A DNA stretch of 20,295 bases, from assembly GCA_963788655.1 (NCBI GenBank), contig CAWBHS010000107.1, forward strand, positions 1 to 20,295. The letters are read 5' to 3'. Source of the DNA: an uncultured Verrucomicrobiae bacterium. Lineage in GTDB: Bacteria > Verrucomicrobiota > Verrucomicrobiia > Limisphaerales > JAFGQR01. Position numbers and translations under genes: made by a program. Under the pieces are notes generated by a model. The model did not search any database. It had not been told where the DNA came from and saw nothing but the letters and a program-made list of their open reading frames with translations. Positions 15,040 to 20,295 of the stretch are shown here, piece by piece. The stretch's first letter is position 1. Each line of letters begins with the position of its first letter.

Positions 15040-16130
15040 TTACAATGTGACCAGGACGGTTTGTTCATCTTCCACCTTTCCGCGAAATTCGCGTTTGGAT
15101 TGGGTGTTCCGCACGCGCACGTATTGGCCGGGCGCGCCGCTTTCCAGGACTTCCACCTTGATCGAAATTGTCACCAGACCGTCGCGCAACTGGGCCTCCA
15201 CCAACTGGCCCCGGCGCACCACCGGCCGCAACCGCAACGACCGCTCATACACGGGCGAGCCGGCCGGCACCATCTCCGCCAACTCGAAATCCCGCGGTAC
15301 CTCCGGCATGGCCAACGGAGCGTCGTACAACGTCAGCACGTCGCGCCGTTCGCGGATTACGTCCTCCGGATTGAATGGTTCGCGGCACTTGAGCGGGTTG
15401 CGGGCGACGAGAATCTCCCGCCACACCCGGGCCTGCAACGGCGCCTGCCATCGGCCGATGGTTTCGTGGGCCGTCCGAACCTCAAATTGCACGATGAAAT
15501 GCGGGGTCACCCCCGCGGTCGGCAAATTCACAATCTTGAGCGTGTAGGATTCGTCGGGAATCGCCACCGGAACCCACGGCCGCAGGATCTTCAATTCCAG
15601 AGCCCCGCGCTCATGAACGTATTCACGCTGCAGAAGCTGCGTCAGTTGTTGCTGAATCTCGTCCCCCAATAGCATTCGTGCCCGACGCACAATCCGAATG
15701 CGGTCCGCCCCCCCCAAGTCAGCGGCAACAAATCCGGCGCGATCTTCTGGAGTTGCGCGGTGATTTGCTCGCGGCTCAACAGCAAGACCCGGCCAAAGGG
15801 CGGCGCGTCACTCAGGCGGATGTGGGGCAAGGGATTGGTGGGATTGCCTGCCGCAAGTTGCGAGAGGAAGATGCCTTCGCCGTCCACCTGCGCGCTGCTG
15901 TATAACAGCACCGCCGGGGTATCGCCGGCCCACACCGAACCGGCGACTCCCCAGCCGAGGCATACCACAACCAGCCGCATAAGACGGCGGAATTCCGAAA
16001 GCCGAAAACCCGAAAGCCGAAGACCGGCGAGCCTCCTGCTTCGCCCGGGGCATCCTTGCCCTGGCAACGGCGCCTCCATGGCCGAAGGTGATAATTCGGA
16101 TTTCGGATTTCGGATTTCGGAATTGATCAT
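15040..16130 (-). CDS. flgA: P-ring assembly chaperone FlgA, long form, frameshifted at a G8 tract (15708-15715)
   Basis: The N-terminal ORF (signal peptide, AQVDGEGIFLSQL...APPFG) joins the C-terminal SAF-type part (PVVRRGQLVEAQLRDGLVTISIKVEVLESGAPGQYVRVRNTQSKREFRGKV) if one G is added. It lies between flgG and flgH. Alternative start ATG 15980. Confidence 0.87.
15991..16124. repeat. Inverted pair of heptamer (CCGAAAG/TTTCGGA) tandem arrays at the flgA 5' end
   Basis: AATTCCGAAAGCCGAAAACCCGAAAGCCGAAG (15991-16022) and AATTCGGATTTCGGATTTCGGATTTCGGAATT (16093-16124). Confidence 0.85.
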
Positions 16131-16135
16131 CGTGG

Positions 16136-16918
16136 TTAGCGGCGCAGATTATTGGCCCATTGCATCATTTCGTCGGCGGCTTGGACGGCTTTGGAATTCA
16201 CCTCGTAGGCGCGCTGGGCGACGATCATGTTCACCATTTCCTCGACCACCTTCACGTTGGACATTTCGAGGTATCCCTGGGCGATCGTTCCGAAACCGTT
16301 TTCCCCCGGCGTGCCCAATTCGGCCGGACCGGAGGCACTCGTTTCCCGATAGAGATTGCGACCGAGACTGTCCAAGCCTCCCGGATTGACAAACCGGGTC
16401 AGTTGAATTTGGAAGGTTTGCGAGCTGCTGTCCCCTTTGGCCGTCACCATGCCACTGGGGGAAATCGTGACCGAAGTCGTCCCCGAGGGAATGGGTTGAA
16501 AGCCGCTTTGCACCACCAGACCGTCGCTGGTGATGATCCGCCCCGCGCCGTCAGTCTTCAGGGCGCCATCGCGGGAATACGCGCGGGATCCGTCCGTCAT
16601 TTGCACTTCGAAGAAGCCGTCGCCCTTGATGGCCATGTCGAATTGCTCGCCGGTTTGGGTCAATTCACCGGTCGTAAAAATGCGCGACGTGGCCACCGGT
16701 TGCGAGCCGTGGCCGATTTGCAAGCCGGTGGGCAACTGGTTGCCGGCGCCCTGATCGGCGCCCGGCGCGCGGATCGTCTCGTAGAGCAGATCCTGGAACT
16801 CGATTTTGGAGCGTTTGAAGCCGGTGGTGTTGACGTTCGCCAGGTTGTTGGCAATGACATCCAGATTCAACTGCTGGGATTGCATCCCAGCCGCGGCGGA
16901 GTAAAGGGCGCGCATCAT
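16136..16918 (-). CDS. flgG: Flagellar distal rod protein
   Basis: MMRALYSAAAGMQSQQLNLDVIANNLANVNTTGFKRSKIEFQDLLY...QGYLEMSNVKVVEEMVNMIVAQRAYEVNSKAV; 260 aa. Confidence 0.96.
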   Translation of the reverse strand: MMRALYSAAAGMQSQQLNLDVIANNLANVNTTGFKRSKIEFQDLLYETIRAPGADQGAGNQLPTGLQIGHGSQPVATSRIFTTGELTQTGEQFDMAIKGDGFFEVQMTDGSRAYSRDGALKTDGAGRIITSDGLVVQSGFQPIPSGTTSVTISPSGMVTAKGDSSSQTFQIQLTRFVNPGGLDSLGRNLYRETSASGPAELGTPGENGFGTIAQGYLEMSNVKVVEEMVNMIVAQRAYEVNSKAVQAADEMMQWANNLRR

Positions 16919-16938
16919 ACGTCTAATGACTGTTCATC

Positions 16939-17682
16939 TCAGCTTGGATTTCCTAGTTCACTGATTGCGCGATTCATCCGTTCGTCGTGCATTTGGATCA
17001 CTCGTTGATTCGTCTCAAACGAGCGCATGGCCGAGATCAAGTTCGCCATTTCCGTCACCGGCGTGACATTCGCGGCCTCCAAGAATCCCTGGCGTAATTC
17101 CGTGTTCAGCGCTTCTTCCGGCTGCAGTTTGGGATTGAGGGCCAGGTAATAACCTTGACTGGTGGGCGTCAGCAACGCGGGGTCATTGAAGTCCACCTTC
17201 CGCAACTGGCCTTTTACATCGGTGCCCTGGCTAACTTCGCCGGTACTCGAAATGGACAACTCGGTGTGATTGTTCAAGTCCAATTGAATCGGGCCGCCAT
17301 TGCCCATCACGGGATTGCCCTGCTTGGTGACCAATTGGCCGAACGAATCGATCTGCAACCCGCCGCCGCGGGTGTAGGCCGAACTCCCATCCGGCATTTG
17401 GACTTCCAGAAAACCGCTTCCCGCCAGGGCCACGTCCGTCTTGACCCCCGTGTAGCGAAGTTCGCCCTGCTGAAAGTTGATGGTGGTATTCGCCTGCGGC
17501 AGCGCAAAATGTTGCGTCCCCTCCGTGGGCGCCGGCAATTGGCCCGCCTGGATGGCCGAGAACGAGATCTCCTGCTTTTTATAGCCCGGGATCGCGCTGG
17601 TGGTAAGATTCTCGGCAATCATTTCCTGCCAACGTTCAATGGCGCCCATTGCGGCCGCCGCTTGATACATTCCAACATTCAT
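16939..17682 (-). CDS. flgF: Flagellar proximal rod protein (247 aa)
   Basis: MNVGMYQAAAAM...ENLTTSAIPGYKK, AYTRGG, QGFLEAANVTPVTEMANLISAMRSFETNQRVI; upstream of flgG. True start is 17682, not 17982. Confidence 0.88.
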   Translation of the reverse strand: MNVGMYQAAAAMGAIERWQEMIAENLTTSAIPGYKKQEISFSAIQAGQLPAPTEGTQHFALPQANTTINFQQGELRYTGVKTDVALAGSGFLEVQMPDGSSAYTRGGGLQIDSFGQLVTKQGNPVMGNGGPIQLDLNNHTELSISSTGEVSQGTDVKGQLRKVDFNDPALLTPTSQGYYLALNPKLQPEEALNTELRQGFLEAANVTPVTEMANLISAMRSFETNQRVIQMHDERMNRAISELGNPS

Positions 17683-17697
17683 CGCGGACAAACCTTC

Positions 17698-17713
17698 AGC
17701 AGTGGCTATGCCA
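17698..17713 (-). promoter_or_regulatory. Sigma54 (-24/-12) promoter of the flg operon
   Basis: Minus strand TGGCATAGCCACTGCT has exact GG-N10-GC spacing and ends 15 nt upstream of the flgF ATG. Confidence 0.75.
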
Positions 17714-18056
17714 GCAGGCAAAACCGGGTGTTTGCAAGGTCTTGGGGCGAGGCTTCTGCCCTTGGGTGGCAAAACTTGCAGCGTCTCCCTCGCAAACGGT
17801 GCCTTTTGCCGGGCCGCGGCAAGACAGGATCGGGGGGGGCAGCACTGCGCAATCGCGGGGCCTCCAAAGCTGAAGAGGTGAAGAGTTGGAGCAGTAGAGA
17901 ATTCTCGCAGCGGAGGGAATGTTCGGGAGCACCTTCCGAGTCCGTCCCACAACCACGAAAGGCCGATTGAAACCGCCAGCAAGCGAAGAGCAGATTTTCA
18001 ATTTATCAGCCTCGCTCCGAATCGTCGCCGGCCGCGATGATTCTGCCGGAGACGTT

Positions 18057-18125
18057 GGAGCGCGGACATTCCTGTCCGCCTCGGAGTCCATCAAATCGGG
18101 GAGCGGACAGGAATGTCCGCGCTCC
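18057..18125. repeat. REP doublet (23-bp perfect inverted repeat, each arm itself a hairpin)
   Basis: GGAGCGCGGACATTCCTGTCCGC (18057-18079) and GCGGACAGGAATGTCCGCGCTCC (18103-18125). Confidence 0.88.
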
Positions 18126-18313
18126 GTTTTGGTTACGACCAAGCTGCGCCACGCCTGGAGACGACTGCGGCAGCCACCGGCAAAAGCCCCCCGGGCTTCT
18201 TTCAAATCTGTAATCCCCAAGAAGGTTCTTCGGGCACCTTCCAGTCTAGTTTGTTGCAGACTTAAAAGCGTCTAGGCGAACCGAGTCGGGTTATCAAGAC
18301 GCTCACACAAAGT

Positions 18314-19502
18314 ATGAAAAATAAATTTTGGAAGAAGGAATTCTTAGTGGATCGCCAGAAGGCGCTGGCAACCGAAACCCCGACCGAGCCCAATGAGACT
18401 CCGACCCCGCCAACGGCAACTTTCGTTGCGGCCTCGGCCAATCCCACCGTCCGGGGCCGTTCGGACGTACCGTTACCGGAGCCGCCGGTGGCGCGTCCGG
18501 GTCCGAACGCCGACATCCAGGCAATCCATGACGCGGTGCAGGAAAGCGCGGATTGGGTGGAACCGCTTCGCCAGGAAATCGGCCGGGTTATCGTCGGCCA
18601 ACAGCATCTCGTCGACGTCTGCTGGTCGGTCTGCTCGCCAACGGCCACGTGCTGCTCGAAGGCGTGCCCGGCCTGGCCAAGACGCTCGCGTTGAAAACCC
18701 TGGCCGCCGCCATCCAGCCGCGCATTTCCACCGCATGCAGTTCACGCCCGACCTGCTGCCGGCCGACATCGTCGGCACGCATGATTTACAACCCGCAGGA
18801 CGGCAGCTTCCACACGAAACACGGCCCGATCTTCGCCAACTTGATCCTGGCCGACGAAATCAACCGCGCGCCGGCCAAGGTGCAAAGCGCGCTGCTCGAA
18901 GCGATGCAGGAACGGCAGGTCACGCTGGGCGAGGAAACATACCGGCTGCCCGAGCCGTTCCTGGTGCTGGCCACGCAGAATCCCGATCGAACAGGAAGGC
19001 ACGTATCCGCTGCCCGAAGCGCAGGTCGACCGCTTCATGCTCAAGGTCGTGGTGGATTATCCCAATCGCGCCGAGGAACGCGCCATTCTGGATCGATGGC
19101 GCACCAGCGAACCGGACTCCAGTGGTTCAACGCCGTCGGTCACGCCGCAGCAAATCGCTCGAAGCGCGCGCAAGTGGTGAACCGCATCTACATCGACGAC
19201 AAGATGAGGGACTACATCGTGGACGTCGTGCTCGCGACGCGCGAACCCGAGCCTTACAGGACTCGATCTGAATGGTTACGTCCAGTACGGCGCCTCGCCG
19301 CGCGCGACGATCTATCTGACCCTGGCCGCGCGAGGCCTGGGCGTTTCTGCAGGGCCGCGGCTTACGTCACGCCGCAGGATGTGAAGACATCGGCGCTGGA
19401 CGTCTTGCGCCACCGCGTGACCGTCAGCTACGAAGCCGAGGCGGAAAACATCACCTCCGAAAAAATCATACACCAATCATCCTGGAATTGCCCGTGCCCT
19501 AA
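18314..19502 (+). CDS. moxR: MoxR-family AAA+ ATPase, multiple frameshifts
   Basis: [23 protein letters not shown] (Walker A), [67 protein letters not shown] and LRHR; ends ELPVP* with TAA at 19500-19502. Confidence 0.92.
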
Positions 19503-19554
19503 GGCAGGGCATCCAATCGATCCACCACTGGAAAGCCCGCATCAACCCCGAACA

Positions 19555-20295
19555 ACCCGCGAAATCTGCGCAAGGTGCGGCAGATCGAGATCCGCACCCG
19601 GCGGCTCGTGAACGACTCGCTGGCCGGCCAATACCACTCCGTCTTCAAGGGCCGGGGGATGGATTTCGACGAAGTGCGCGAGTACGTGCCCGGCGACGAA
19701 GTGCGCGCCATCGATTGGAATGTCACCGCCCGCGACGGGCCGACCATTCATCAAGAAGTTCACCGAGGAACGGGAGTTGACGCTGCTGCTGCTGGTGGAT
19801 GTGAGCGCCTCCGGTAATTTTGGTTCCGGCGCGCAGAGCAAACGCGAGTTGGCCGCCGAACTGGCCAGCGTGCTGGCGTTTTCGGCCATCCGCAACAGCG
19901 ACAAGGTCGGGCTGGTGCTCTTCACGGACCAGATCGAGCAATACATTCCGCCGAAGAAAGGCCGCCAACACGTCCTGCGCGTCGTCCGCGAGATCCTTTA
20001 CTTCGAACCGCAATCCCGCGGCACGGACCTGACGTCCGGCGCTGGACTTCGCCAACCAGGTCACCAAACATCGCGCTATGGTCTTCTCATTTCTGATTTT
20101 CAAGACAGGAATCGATCCGGTGTGGCGACCCTACGCCGCGTGTTGCGCCAAACTCAACGGCGGCATGATCTGGTGGCGATGCACATTCAAGATCCTCACG
20201 AGTACTCCTTGCCAAACGTCGGACTGCTGGCGGTGGAGGACGCGGAGTCGGGCGAGGTGTTGGAACTGGATACGGCAATCCCAGGCTCTGCGCCC
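19555..20295 (+). CDS. DUF58 (vWA-like) partner of MoxR, frameshifted, start uncertain, runs off the window
   Basis: KVRQIEIRTRRLVNDSLAGQYHSVFKGRGMDFDEVREYVPGDEVRAIDWNVTAR, FIKKFTEERELTLLLLVDVSAS, DKVGLVLFTDQIE. Confidence 0.9.

Noticed and set aside
9742..17970. Long plus-strand ORFs (295, 495, 253, 289, 282, 271 aa) opposite the flagellar genes
   Set aside because: They are antisense shadows caused by GC-biased codon usage.
17683..17982. 100-aa N-terminal extension of FlgF in the ORF track
   Set aside because: Homology begins at MNVGMYQ (17682), and a sigma54 promoter lies within the supposed extension.

Overview
GC-rich bacterial DNA; gene content and repeat style suggest Verrucomicrobiota/PVC, which is an inference. 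(1) 1-4300 is a decayed accessory patch: two toxin-antitoxin modules, a glycosyltransferase fragment and a type I R-M hsdM, with three apparent internal deletions or fusions. It also holds an intact ~1.99 kb group II intron (minus strand, RT/maturase without endonuclease) and a ~200 bp nested palindromic REP-like element. (2) 4336-6186 is a frameshift-split membrane cytochrome with nine CxxCH motifs fused to a cytochrome b domain (CbcL-like architecture). (3) A DUF2127-like membrane gene and glgP follow on the minus strand. (4) 9748-17682 is a minus-strand flagellar operon flgF-G-A-H-I-J-N-K-(small ORF)-L behind a sigma54 promoter, with no flgM. Short-period inverted repeats lie in frame in the 5' ends of flgH and probably flgA, and flgA is broken at a G8 tract. 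(5) A divergent MoxR AAA+ ATPase and DUF58 gene pair, heavily frameshifted, runs off the end. Single-base indels cluster in three zones and look largely like long-read error. I see no clearly new system. The best leads are the translated repeats in the flagellar signal peptides, the flgA poly-G tract, the nonaheme cytochrome and the intron target site.
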